Shown: positions 1-9,564, counted from the first letter of the stretch. The stretch: 63,149 nucleotides of DNA from an uncultured archaeon (GCA_964545795.1 CAZJGC010000001.1:72585-135733); one strand, 5' to 3'. Notes: generated by a model not told the origin, from the sequence alone. Numbers and translations are program-made.

Positions 1-1473
1 TTCGGCAACATTCCTAAACATTTCATTCATTTCATCTTCACTATACTCCTTTTCTTCAAATTTTGCCAATAAACTTTTCAAAACGCTTTTTTGCTTGTCT
101 GACAAATTTTCATTCGCCTCTTCCAGCAAAGACACTCTATACCTATCATCTGCGTATTTCTCAACCCAATTCTTTGCAAGAGTTAAGCGAAGCTCTAACC
201 TCTTTCTATCCTGCTCGGAAATTTCATTTTTTATGTGCCCTGTCTTCTTCAAAATCTCTATGGCTTTTTCAACTTTATTCTCTTCAGGCAAGACCTGAGC
301 AAGCAGAGAAGCATATGAATAAGAAATGCGGAAAGGCTTGGTATCAGGAATCTCATTCATTACAATTTCATAAATTGTTTTAATATTGCTTCTTTCTTTT
401 TCGTCACTTATTTTATCTAAGTTAAAATACTTGTTTTCCAAATCTTCAAATTCGTCTGCAAGCAGATTTATGTTCTTCAGAGACAAATCTCTTTGTTTGC
501 CCGGTCTTTTGGTATAATAATACAGAAAAACTTCAGGTTCTATGATTTTCAAGATATCCTGAACAATATAAACATTTCCCACAGACGCCGACATTTTCTG
601 GCCGTCAACAAGGAAAAATTCATAGACATAATGCACAGGAGGTTCAATTCCATAAATCTCTCTTGCTATAATCTGCCCTGATTTCCATGAACCTTCATAA
701 TGGTCTTTTCCGAATGGCTCAAACACAGTTTTCTCTATTGCCCATTGCGCGGGCCATTCAAAGCGCCATTGCAATTTTCCTTCCGACCATGGCACAGAAC
801 CTTCAAATCCGCAGCCTTCGCTTTTCTTCTTTTTTATTGATTTTCCTCCGCATTTGAAATAAACAACTCTCTTTTCAATATCAAAAGATGAAATGTTCGC
901 AAGGCTTCCGCACCTCGGGCATATTGCATCAAACGGTATATAATCTTCTGACTTGGTTCCCTGAAATCTGGCAACAATTTTTCCAACTTCCTCTCTCTTT
1001 CTAAAAACCATTTCTATATATTTATCAAATTTGCCCTGCTTATAATATTCATCATTTGAAACAATCTCCGGAAACATGCCAAGCATATTTAATCCATTTA
1101 CCCATACCTTTGTAAAATGTTCAGACCACGAAGAACAGCACTTAAAAGGATCAGGCACCCTGCACAACGGCCTTCCAAGAAAATTTTTAAGTTCAGGAAA
1201 CTTGTCTGAGGAATGCCATTCTCCGTTCAAATCAGTTAATTTGGAAGGAACAGATTTTAACGGATCTCTGTCATCAGTAGAGTGCACAAACCTTGCTTTC
1301 AACCCTTTTTTGATTATTGCCTTGTAAACAAAATACGTTCTTACAACATCATTTAAATTGCCTATGTGTTTTCCGCCAGAAGGAGTTTGACCGCATCTTA
1401 AGCTTATCTCTTTTCCTTTTTTTACTATCTCATCAGCCAGCTGTTCAGCCCAAAATAAACTCTTTTCGGACAT
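1..1473 (-). CDS. lysK: Lysyl-tRNA synthetase, class I (archaeal type); C-terminus runs off the window start
   Basis: Minus-strand translation from the ATG at 1473 gives MSEKSLFWAEQLADEIVKKGKEISLRCGQTPSGGKHIGNLNDV... It has a class I HIGN signature and a later KMSASVGN (KMSKS-like) motif. There is no stop before position 1. The plus-strand track ORFs in 63-1327 are antisense shadows. Confidence 0.85.
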   Translation of the reverse strand, partial: MSEKSLFWAEQLADEIVKKGKEISLRCGQTPSGGKHIGNLNDVVRTYFVYKAIIKKGLKARFVHSTDDRDPLKSVPSKLTDLNGEWHSSDKFPELKNFLGRPLCRVPDPFKCCSSWSEHFTKVWVNGLNMLGMFPEIVSNDEYYKQGKFDKYIEMVFRKREEVGKIVARFQGTKSEDYIPFDAICPRCGSLANISSFDIEKRVVYFKCGGKSIKKKKSEGCGFEGSVPWSEGKLQWRFEWPAQWAIEKTVFEPFGKDHYEGSWKSGQIIAREIYGIEPPVHYVYEFFLVDGQKMSASVGNVYIVQDILKIIEPEVFLYYYTKRPGKQRDLSLKNINLLADEFEDLENKYFNLDKISDEKERSNIKTIYEIVMNEIPDTKPFRISYSYASLLAQVLPEENKVEKAIEILKKTGHIKNEISEQDRKRLELRLTLAKNWVEKYADDRYRVSLLEEANENLSDKQKSVLKSLLAKFEEKEYSEDEMNEMFRNVAE

Positions 1474-1560
1474 GAAAATCATTGTTATTTAATAAATAAA
1501 TATTTGCTTACGAGAAAAAATTTGAAATATATATTTATATAACCCAATTCAATTACAATT

Positions 1561-2751
1561 ATGATTGATTTTTATCTTATTTCAGTCCTTGTGTTTTTTG
1601 CGTTTCTCGCAATTATAATTTACAGAGACAGGAAAAAAATACAGGTAACATCGTATATTGTGTTTATGAGGAGGACAAAGAAATTTAGAAGCTTCATAGA
1701 CAGAACCGCGAAAAAATCCCCTCGTGTCTGGAAGTTATTCGGAACAACTGCAGTAATTGCATCCTTTGTTCTTATGGGCATTGGGACTTTTTTGCTTGTA
1801 TTAGGCACAACTTCTATTTTATCCAAACAAATAACAGAACCTGCAGCAAGTTTTGTTCTGCCAACGGTCACGTCTCAAACTGTATCAGCGCCAGGAGTTA
1901 TAGGAATACCATTCTGGTTCTGGATAATTGCAGTGGCAATTGTAATAATGCCCCATGAGTTTATGCATGGAGTTCTGGCCAGAGCAGAGAATATCAGGTT
2001 AAAAAGCGTTGGATTGCTTCTGTTTCTTGTAATACCTGGAGCTTTTGTTGAACCTGATGAAAAACAGCTAAAAAGAAAAAAACTTATGCCAAAACTTAGA
2101 GTGTTTGCTGTCGGAAGTTTTATAAATGTCTTAATTGGCATTGCATTGCTTTTATTAATGAATCAAGCATGGGCTTCAAATGTGCAACCTGGCCTGCTGA
2201 TTACAAGCGTAAACCAGACATCTCCTGCATATGAGTCAGGGCTCAGGCCAGGCATGATAATTCAAAGCATTGAAAACTCAAAAATGCATATGAATTTCTG
2301 GGACTATTCTTTTCTTGTGTTAAAAGTGCCGGGAGCAATATCAGAAAAAATGCCTGAGTACGCCGGTCATATTATGATTTTTTCAAGTCTTGCAAAGTTT
2401 AAGCCAAACGAAACTGTAACCATGAAAATAGACGGCATTGAAAGGAATTTCACTTTTGGAGAAAGTCCCTTTATTGAAGGATTCCCTTATATGGGAATAA
2501 ACACGAGCATTGCCGCAAAAGATACAACCGTTTTTTCATTCATTTATCCGCTCTTTGCATTTGTCTGGATTTTGAGCTTCTTTGTAGGAATTTTTAATAT
2601 GATGCCTATATACCCGCTGGACGGGGGGCTGATTATTGAATCTGTTTCAGAGAAATTCTCAAGAAAACATGGAAAGAAAATATCGCGAATAATAACATAT
2701 GTGCTTTTATTTGTGTTAATATTTAACTTCATTGGTCCTTATATAATATAG
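1561..2751 (+). CDS. Site-2 protease family (M50) membrane metalloprotease with internal PDZ-like segment
   Basis: Contains the HEFMHG (HExxH) motif within TM helices and a C-terminal NMMPIYPLDGG motif typical of M50/S2P. Multiple hydrophobic segments. Confidence 0.85.
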   Translation: MIDFYLISVLVFFAFLAIIIYRDRKKIQVTSYIVFMRRTKKFRSFIDRTAKKSPRVWKLFGTTAVIASFVLMGIGTFLLVLGTTSILSKQITEPAASFVLPTVTSQTVSAPGVIGIPFWFWIIAVAIVIMPHEFMHGVLARAENIRLKSVGLLLFLVIPGAFVEPDEKQLKRKKLMPKLRVFAVGSFINVLIGIALLLLMNQAWASNVQPGLLITSVNQTSPAYESGLRPGMIIQSIENSKMHMNFWDYSFLVLKVPGAISEKMPEYAGHIMIFSSLAKFKPNETVTMKIDGIERNFTFGESPFIEGFPYMGINTSIAAKDTTVFSFIYPLFAFVWILSFFVGIFNMMPIYPLDGGLIIESVSEKFSRKHGKKISRIITYVLLFVLIFNFIGPYII

Positions 2752-2768
2752 GCTACTGGCAAAATGCT

Positions 2769-3443
2769 TCACAATTTATCAACAAGTTTTGCATCCTTTA
2801 TTATAAGTTCTCCTGAATTATTCTGCCATTTTACCTCGGAATCAGTAATTTGAATTTTCTTTGCAAAAAGAGGGCAGTCCAAAACAAAGGTTTCAAACTC
2901 TCCTCCTTCCCCGGCTATATGTATTTCATATTTTTTTCTTAATTCAACCAAGTCCTTTATTACACTCTCATCTATCTTTCTGCCGAGCCATGACTTATCA
3001 AGACCCTCTGCAGCAACAGATGTTATTATTATTTCAAAACCTGATGAAACCATTTCCTTCAACATCTCTTCAGGGTCTCTATGCCATAAAGGAGCAAAAA
3101 GTTTCAAGTTAAGCTCATTGCATACTTTTTCAACCCTCTTTTTTTGATATTCGCTTTCTATTGCTCCGCAAACAACACCTTCTATATCAAGACCTTTAAG
3201 AAGAATTTTTAAATCTTCTACTTCATACTCCTTCTCTCCAAATGTCTGTTTTGAGACCAACTGTATGCCTGATGCGCGAGACTGCATAAAAACCAAGCCA
3301 ATATTCGCAGTATGATACATAAAACTTTCCTTGTTGCTGGAAACTATGCTGGCAAGATACTTTATTTCATGACCCTGCTTCTTTGCAAGATAAGCTGCAA
3401 AAGTTGAGTCTTTTCCGCCTGAAAATAAAGAGGCTAATTTCAT
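2769..3443 (-). CDS. PP-loop ATP pyrophosphatase, MJ0570/Dph6-like (diphthine-ammonia ligase family)
   Basis: N-terminal SGGKDS PP-loop and a C-terminal GEGGEFETFVLDCPLF motif characteristic of this family. Confidence 0.7.
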   Translation of the reverse strand: MKLASLFSGGKDSTFAAYLAKKQGHEIKYLASIVSSNKESFMYHTANIGLVFMQSRASGIQLVSKQTFGEKEYEVEDLKILLKGLDIEGVVCGAIESEYQKKRVEKVCNELNLKLFAPLWHRDPEEMLKEMVSSGFEIIITSVAAEGLDKSWLGRKIDESVIKDLVELRKKYEIHIAGEGGEFETFVLDCPLFAKKIQITDSEVKWQNNSGELIIKDAKLVDKL

Positions 3444-3511
3444 GAAAACAAATAATTTCTTAAGTTTATAAATCTTTATAAATAAGTTTTATGAATTATT
3501 ATTGTGATTTT

Positions 3512-4051
3512 ATGGGCTTTATGATAAAGGTTGAAAATGTAGTGGCGTCAATATCTCTTAATATAGAAATACCTTTAGACAAGCTGGTAGTAAGTCTGGA
3601 TAATGTGGAATATGAGCCTGAGCAGTTCCCGGGGCTTGTGCATAGAATCAAAAAACCAAAGTCAGCAGTGCTTATTTTTTCGTCCGGGAAACTTGTGTGC
3701 ACAGGAGCAAAAAGCCCAAAAGAAACCTTTGAAGCAGTTGCCATAGTTGTAGCAAAGATAAAAAAAGCCGGAATTAAAGTTCCAAAGAAATACAAAGTAA
3801 AAGTTGAGAATATTGTTGCCTCTGCAAAACTTAACAGAGAATTGAACCTTGACAACATTGCGTTTTCTCTTGAAAACGCGGAATATGAGCCTGAGCAGTT
3901 CCCGGGGCTTGTTTACAGAATGGATGACCCAAAAGTTGCTTTCTTGCTGTTTGGGTCTGGAAAAATTGTATGCACAGGCGGAAGAAGCATAGCAGATGTT
4001 AAAAGAGCAGTAGAAAAGCTTGACAAAAGACTGAAAGAAATGGACGTTTAA
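3512..4051 (+). CDS. tbp: TATA-box binding protein
   Basis: Two internal repeats, each with VENVVAS/VENIVAS ... EYEPEQFPGLV(H/Y)R ... SGK(L/I)VCTG. TTTATAAAT-type boxes sit about 30-45 bp upstream. The start is ambiguous among 3491, 3512 and 3521. Confidence 0.95.
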   Translation: MGFMIKVENVVASISLNIEIPLDKLVVSLDNVEYEPEQFPGLVHRIKKPKSAVLIFSSGKLVCTGAKSPKETFEAVAIVVAKIKKAGIKVPKKYKVKVENIVASAKLNRELNLDNIAFSLENAEYEPEQFPGLVYRMDDPKVAFLLFGSGKIVCTGGRSIADVKRAVEKLDKRLKEMDV

Positions 4052-4156
4052 ATCTGTCAGACACTACCAGGCTTTTTGCGGCGCAAAAGGTATTTGCAAC
4101 TCTAATAGAAAAGATTTAAATAGATATTTTTGCTATTCTTATAGTGAGTGATTTTT

Positions 4157-4675
4157 ATGGCAAAACTGAGACCAGCAAGATGCTACAAAAACAAAAAAAG
4201 GCCAAATACGCGAACATCAAAACGCGTTGCAAAAAAGGCATATGTAAAGGGTGTGCCAGTAGGAAAGATACATCACTTCAGCATAGGCAATAAAAAAGAG
4301 GATTACCCTGTAAGTTATCATCTTATTTCAAAGACTCGCGCAACATTGCGTTCCAACGCGCTGGAAGCCGCAAGAGTTGTTATAACAAAATATATGACAT
4401 CAAATGTTGGACAAAACAATTTCTTCCTTAGAATAAGAACATATCCTCATCATGTATTAAGGGAAAATCCGCTTGCAACTGGAGCAGGTGCAGACCGTTT
4501 CTCATCAGGTATGCGCCGTTCTTTTGGCAAACCTATTGGCGTAGCTGCTCTTATAAAACCAAATCAGAAAGTAATATCAATTTACGTATCTGAAGAAAAT
4601 GAGGCATCAGCCAAAGAAGCACTAAGAAGAGCATCCAAAAAACTTTCTGGCTCTTACTCTATTGTTGCTTCCTAA
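4157..4675 (+). CDS. rpl10e: 50S ribosomal protein L10e (uL16)
   Basis: MAKLRPARCYKNKKRPNTR... is a typical L10e N-terminus. I prefer the ATG at 4157 over the upstream GTG at 4148. Confidence 0.9.
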   Translation: MAKLRPARCYKNKKRPNTRTSKRVAKKAYVKGVPVGKIHHFSIGNKKEDYPVSYHLISKTRATLRSNALEAARVVITKYMTSNVGQNNFFLRIRTYPHHVLRENPLATGAGADRFSSGMRRSFGKPIGVAALIKPNQKVISIYVSEENEASAKEALRRASKKLSGSYSIVAS

Positions 4676-5670
4676 AAAGGGCGTATATTTCTGCGAAGCC
4701 TCATTAACGAACTTGGCATGCCTGACATGTCCGAAATTATGTCATGCGCAACCTCTATGTCTTTCTCCTGCAATTTTGCACGCATATCAGCTTCTATTAA
4801 TGGTATCGGGAATCCGTAAGTGTTGTTTGCATATAAACACATAATTATTGATGATATTCTTTCAGCATCTTCAGGATTTATAAAATCAACTCTCAAAGGC
4901 CTGTCAAACTCTGCAGGCTTTATATAAAAACTATATACATTCTGATTCAAATCCTCCAGAACAGGCTCTGACCTTTTGAAAACAAATGTGCGCTCTCCCT
5001 GTTCAAGAAGATTATAAAGAAAAACGCTATCTCTTGTATTAGCAATTATATCAGCACCATCTACATTGCTTTCTTTCATTGCTTCTGAAATTATTTTGCA
5101 TGCCTCTTTTCCTTTAGAATCCTCTACACAACCTATAACCAACGAAGGGCAAGAACACAATCTTTTCAATGATTCAATAACTTCAGAATAAGTTTTATGC
5201 AAAAGAGAGCCTTTTTTAATTCTATTATAAGGTGTTATAGGACCATCCATAAGCACAATATCAGGAGAATATCTCTTTACTGATTCAATGGCAGTATCAA
5301 CCTCATTTTTCTGTCTTATAAGAGAGGTGCTTATATTTTCCTCGTCATTGTCAATAATCTTAAGTTCCGGCTCAGGCGAAGCCGAAGGGTAATATGCAAT
5401 TCTTTTCAAAATGCCGTCATACTCAAAGACAGCACCTACTGAGCGCACAAGAACCATATTAAAACCATGATACTCCTGCTGCGAAAGCCCGCCATCCACA
5501 GCAAGTATTTTTACTTTTTCCAATTGCTCTGTTTTGACTTTATGAATCATTTTATTTTCAATAGCTGAAACAGTTATTTCACCGCTTCTTAGCATTCTTG
5601 CAATCTTTCTCCTCTCTGTTTCCATTGCCTTTAATTTACTAACAATATTCTCCAAACCTCTAATATTCAT
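4672..5670 (-). CDS. NurA-like 5'-3' nuclease domain protein
   Basis: The motifs ILAVDGG..., VLMDGPITPY and GCVEDSKGKE resemble NurA catalytic motifs. No HerA-like ATPase is adjacent. Confidence 0.5.
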   Translation of the reverse strand: MNIRGLENIVSKLKAMETERRKIARMLRSGEITVSAIENKMIHKVKTEQLEKVKILAVDGGLSQQEYHGFNMVLVRSVGAVFEYDGILKRIAYYPSASPEPELKIIDNDEENISTSLIRQKNEVDTAIESVKRYSPDIVLMDGPITPYNRIKKGSLLHKTYSEVIESLKRLCSCPSLVIGCVEDSKGKEACKIISEAMKESNVDGADIIANTRDSVFLYNLLEQGERTFVFKRSEPVLEDLNQNVYSFYIKPAEFDRPLRVDFINPEDAERISSIIMCLYANNTYGFPIPLIEADMRAKLQEKDIEVAHDIISDMSGMPSSLMRLRRNIRPF

Positions 5671-5718
5671 AAAGATTATTTGTAACTAAAATTTATATAA
5701 TAAAATAATATATCAATT

Positions 5719-6474
5719 ATGCTGAAACCAAAATTTTCCAAATATGATAATTTTGTTTTTGACTTGGACGGCACAGTCTGGAGATGGATAAACCTTATTG
5801 ACAATGTTCTTCCTGTTTTTAACGAACTGGAAAATCTTGGAAAAAATTGCTATTTTATTACAAACAATTGCCTGCTTACAAGAGAAGGCATTAGAAAAAA
5901 ATTGCGGAAATTTGGAATATCTGCCAAATACATAATAAACCCGAGCATGCCGGCATCCAGACTTCTAAAAAAGAAGCGCGTTCTATGCATTGGAAAAGGG
6001 CTTGCCATTGAATTGAAAAAACAAAAAATAAAACTTTCTTCAAAACCTGACGCCGTAGTAGTTTCAGAAAGCAAAGACTTTACATACAACAGCCTTTCAA
6101 AAGCATGCATTGCTGTTGAAGAAGGCGCCGCACTTTATAAAACCGCGAGCGGCAGCGCATTTTTTTATGGCAACAGACGCCTTCCCGGAACAGGAGCCAT
6201 AGCATCTCTGATAGAAAAAACTACAGGAATAGAAGCAGAAAATATAGGCAAACCATCTAAATATATGGCTGACACAGTAAAAACGCTTGGTCTGAATCCG
6301 AAAAAAACAATTTTGTTTGGAGATGAACTTGAGAGCGACATTGAATTTGGAAACATGCTTGGATTTGCAACTGTTCTTGTTTTGACAGGATATGATACAA
6401 TTAATAATGCAAATAACTCAAACACAAAACCTGACTTGGTTTTAAAGTCAATAGCAGATATAATTAAGAGATAA
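5719..6474 (+). CDS. HAD superfamily hydrolase, subfamily IIA (NagD-like phosphatase)
   Basis: Contains FVFDLDGTVW (motif I), ITNN, GKPSKYM and FGDELESDIEFG (motif IV). Confidence 0.75.
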   Translation: MLKPKFSKYDNFVFDLDGTVWRWINLIDNVLPVFNELENLGKNCYFITNNCLLTREGIRKKLRKFGISAKYIINPSMPASRLLKKKRVLCIGKGLAIELKKQKIKLSSKPDAVVVSESKDFTYNSLSKACIAVEEGAALYKTASGSAFFYGNRRLPGTGAIASLIEKTTGIEAENIGKPSKYMADTVKTLGLNPKKTILFGDELESDIEFGNMLGFATVLVLTGYDTINNANNSNTKPDLVLKSIADIIKR

Positions 6475-6529
6475 GCATTATCAAAATAACAACAGATAAC
6501 TTTATTTTATTTAATTTCAAAATAAAACC

Positions 6530-8038
6530 ATGAAAAAATTCTATATAACTACCTCAATAGCATACATGAACGCTCCGCCTCACATAGGATTTGTATTGGA
6601 GCTTATTCAGGCAGATACGATTGCAAGATGGCACAGGCTAAAAGGCGAAGATGTCTTCTTTCTTACAGGCTCGGACGAGCATGGCATGAAAATAGAAAAA
6701 CGCGCAAATGAACAGGGAAAAACTCCAAAGGAATTGGTAGACGAAAATACAGAGAAGTTCAAGCAGTTAAAACAAATACTGGCATTGAGTTATGACAAAT
6801 ATATAAGAACAACTGACGAAGAACACATAAAAACAGCGCAAAAGATATGGAAACTCATTAAGAAAGACATATACAAAAAAGCATATACAGGGAAATACTG
6901 TTATGGCTGCGAAAGTTTTAAAACAGAAAAGGACCTTGTGAACGGCAAATGCAAAGAGCATGACAGAACTCCTGAAGTTATACAAGAGGAAAATTATTTT
7001 TTTAGATTGTCAAAATATGCTGGCAAATTAGAAAAAATTATTTCCTCCAATAAAATTCAGATACTTCCAAAATCAAGAAGAAATGAAATATTAAGTTTTA
7101 TAAAACAAGGAATTGAAGATGTTAGTTTTTCCAGGCCGCTTAGCAACGTAAGATGGGCAATACCTGTGCCTGAAGATAAAGAGCAGGGAATGTATGTATG
7201 GTGCGATGCGCTTACAAATTATCTTTCAGGCATAGGATATGTTTCAGACAGAAAAAAATTCAAAAAATATTGGCCTGCAGACCTTCATGTAATAGGAAAA
7301 GACATAGCAAGATTTCATGCAATTATCTGGCCTGCTATGCTTTTATCAGCAGGATTGCCCTTGCCAAAAAGAATATTCATTCATGGCTTCATAACATCAG
7401 GCGGCAAAAAAATCTCAAAATCTCTTGGCAATGTCATTGATCCATTTGAACAGGTAAAAAAATATGGCTCTGAGCAACTTCGCTACTTTTTATTGAAAGA
7501 AATTCCGTCAGGTGATGATGGAGACTTCTCGGAAGAAATTTTTGTGGAAAGAATAAACTCCGATCTTGCTGACGCTCTTGGAAATCTGGTTAACCGCATA
7601 TTTGTGTTAATTGAGAAGATGTCGTATTCCACAGTTCCTTACGGGAGCATTGACGCAAAACTTAAAAAACATGCAAAAGAAACACTAAACTCAATGGATA
7701 AATATCTTGGCGAAATGAATTTTAGCAAATCATTGGAAACTCTTTGGAAGTTTATAGACGTTGTAAATAAATACGTGAATGACTCTGAACCATGGAAAAA
7801 ATCCGGCAAAAAACTTGATAAAATTCTTTATAATCTTGCAGAGTCTGTCAGGTTTATAGGCGTTTTGCTAAGTCCCTTTATGCCTGTTACCTCTGGGAAA
7901 GTTCTTGCACAAATGGGAATTAATAAAATTTCAAAAAATGACATGAAGTATGGATTATTAAAAGCAGGAATAAAAATAAATCGCGGCGACATTCTATTCA
8001 GAAAAATAAGAAAAGTTGAAATTGAGGTTAGCCGATAA
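6530..8038 (+). CDS. metG: Methionyl-tRNA synthetase (short form, no C-terminal tRNA-binding domain)
   Basis: Contains FYITTSIAYMNAPPHIGF, the knuckle CYGCESF...CKEH, and a KISKSLGN (KMSKS) motif. Confidence 0.9.
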   Translation: MKKFYITTSIAYMNAPPHIGFVLELIQADTIARWHRLKGEDVFFLTGSDEHGMKIEKRANEQGKTPKELVDENTEKFKQLKQILALSYDKYIRTTDEEHIKTAQKIWKLIKKDIYKKAYTGKYCYGCESFKTEKDLVNGKCKEHDRTPEVIQEENYFFRLSKYAGKLEKIISSNKIQILPKSRRNEILSFIKQGIEDVSFSRPLSNVRWAIPVPEDKEQGMYVWCDALTNYLSGIGYVSDRKKFKKYWPADLHVIGKDIARFHAIIWPAMLLSAGLPLPKRIFIHGFITSGGKKISKSLGNVIDPFEQVKKYGSEQLRYFLLKEIPSGDDGDFSEEIFVERINSDLADALGNLVNRIFVLIEKMSYSTVPYGSIDAKLKKHAKETLNSMDKYLGEMNFSKSLETLWKFIDVVNKYVNDSEPWKKSGKKLDKILYNLAESVRFIGVLLSPFMPVTSGKVLAQMGINKISKNDMKYGLLKAGIKINRGDILFRKIRKVEIEVSR

Positions 8039-8070
8039 CTTTAAATATATTACCGAATAGCAGATAACTT

Positions 8071-8271
8071 ATGTTAACAAAAATGAATAAGCGTTTCAGT
8101 GGAGACATGCCAATTTCTGAAGTAATAAAACTGGCAGAAAAGATTGGAAAAAGCGGAAGTTATGGAAAGAATGTTCACATAGAATATGGATTTTACAAAA
8201 AAGGAAATATGTATGGAGCAATCTATGGAACAGGTTGGTGTAACACAGGTCTTGGAGAAGAATATTGTTAA
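8071..8271 (+). CDS. Hypothetical small protein
   Basis: ORF only. No recognisable motif. Confidence 0.3.
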   Translation: MLTKMNKRFSGDMPISEVIKLAEKIGKSGSYGKNVHIEYGFYKKGNMYGAIYGTGWCNTGLGEEYC

Positions 8272-8296
8272 TTGATTTTTGCAATTCTGTTCTTTG

Positions 8297-9355
8297 TCAA
8301 AGCATTTTCATGACAACTGTTTCATCCGGTGTCAGGGCACGGTTCCAGATGCGGACTTCGTCTATTATGCCGTTGAAAGGCAAGGCATTACCATTCCATA
8401 CTGCAACACCTACTGCAGCTTTGTAGTTTGAATTTGTATTTTGTATATTTGTATTTCCATTTGGGTCCTTTATTCCGTTAATATAAATGAAATGAGAATT
8501 CCCATCCGAACCAGCAACCACATGCGTCCACTCTCCATAATTAAAGGTAAGTGCACTGTCAGTAATTTTCTCATTTCCGGCAGAATTCCAATGCAAACGT
8601 ATATGATTGCCAGATATTGTTGTAAGATAATATCCAGCCAAACCCCAACCTCCACCCTTTCCAAATATTGATTGTTGTGAAGTAGTTGAGGTTTTAAACC
8701 ATGCTTCAATTGTTCCAATAGTTCCTAAATTCAAACTTGCATCATTCCCTGCATCAACATAATCATCTATCCCGTCAAAACTCAAAGCATTGCCAAACTT
8801 TCCTGAAACCCATTGCGGAGGAGTGTTGCCGTCTCCGTTTCCTGCATTGGCATCAAGCAGAGTTCCGTCATTCCTGTTCCCTGATTTGTCATAAACTTTA
8901 TTTCCTGAACCTTCATCAAAACTCCAATAACCAACCAAACCATCTTTATTAGGCTCCAACTCTATAAGGGCTTGGACAAAGGCTGCTCCGTTTGTTATTT
9001 TTAGGTTGTGCCTGTCCATGGAAAACTTCCACAAACCTGATATGTTTACTGTTCCTGTCTGGTCTTCTCCTATCTCTTCAACAGAGTGTCCCACCTTCAC
9101 GTCATCTATGAATACCGACAATGAATTGTTTGTGATAACGCCTTTTCCGCAGTTTCTCAAGTATATCTGGTTTTTGGATATTGCATCTATTTTCAGGCAG
9201 CTGGACAATTGTTTTGTCAATTCTGTTGTTGTTTCTTCTGTTGTTGATGTTACTGAGCCAGTCAGGGCAGAAGACCATACATAAACAACAGAGATTAGAG
9301 AAATTGAGATTAGCAATAAGAGAACAACAACTATTATTGCTGAGATTGCTTTCAT
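8297..9355 (-). CDS. Archaeal type IV pilin-like protein (class III signal peptide) fused to a LamG/concanavalin-like domain
   Basis: The N-terminus MKAISAIIVVVLLLLISISLISVVYVW matches the archaeal pilin N-terminal pattern. The C-terminal half has LVGYWSFDEGSG...DKSGNRNDG...LSFDGIDDYV...IDEVRIWNRAL, typical of LamG_3 domains. Confidence 0.7.
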   Translation of the reverse strand: MKAISAIIVVVLLLLISISLISVVYVWSSALTGSVTSTTEETTTELTKQLSSCLKIDAISKNQIYLRNCGKGVITNNSLSVFIDDVKVGHSVEEIGEDQTGTVNISGLWKFSMDRHNLKITNGAAFVQALIELEPNKDGLVGYWSFDEGSGNKVYDKSGNRNDGTLLDANAGNGDGNTPPQWVSGKFGNALSFDGIDDYVDAGNDASLNLGTIGTIEAWFKTSTTSQQSIFGKGGGWGLAGYYLTTISGNHIRLHWNSAGNEKITDSALTFNYGEWTHVVAGSDGNSHFIYINGIKDPNGNTNIQNTNSNYKAAVGVAVWNGNALPFNGIIDEVRIWNRALTPDETVVMKML

Positions 9356-9422
9356 AAATATAGATGGGTTAGGGGATTAAAAAAGATTTTCGCAGAGGGT
9401 TGATAAGGGTTAGAGATGTGCT

Positions 9423-9564
9423 TGGTGGGCGAGGCCGGATTTGAATGCCGAGAACCCTATGCAAGGGTCTTACCAGCGACCACCCGGTTATCAGCCGGGC
9501 ACTCCTTCAGTGAACCTATAAGAAATCATTCTTTTAGGTTCTAACCAGGCTAAGCTACTCGCCC
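9423..9564 (-). tRNA. tRNA-Ile (anticodon GAU) with encoded CCA and two non-canonical introns (about 37 nt in the D-arm, 9503-9539; 27 nt at the T-stem/T-loop junction, 9446-9472)
   Basis: Manual fold of the reverse complement. Acceptor GGGCGAG/CTCGCCC, discriminator A, CCA. Anticodon arm CCCGG-CUGAUAA-CCGGG. The T arm GCUGG-UUCAAAU-CCGGC forms only after removing TAAGACCC...CGGCA. The D stem GCUU/GAGU forms only after removing a 37-nt hairpin insert. Confidence 0.75.

Noticed and set aside
63-1327. Track ORFs 63-383, 95-298, 493-681 and 1076-1327 on the plus strand
   Set aside because: They lie antisense to a continuous, motif-rich class I LysRS reading frame (HIGN, KMSxS) that spans 1-1473 on the minus strand. 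They are low-complexity shadows typical of AT-rich DNA.
4672-5670. A NurA-like nuclease without an adjacent HerA, Mre11 or Rad50 as a possible defence module
   Set aside because: The NurA call itself is only moderate. Its neighbours are ordinary housekeeping genes, and nothing else in the locus suggests a system.
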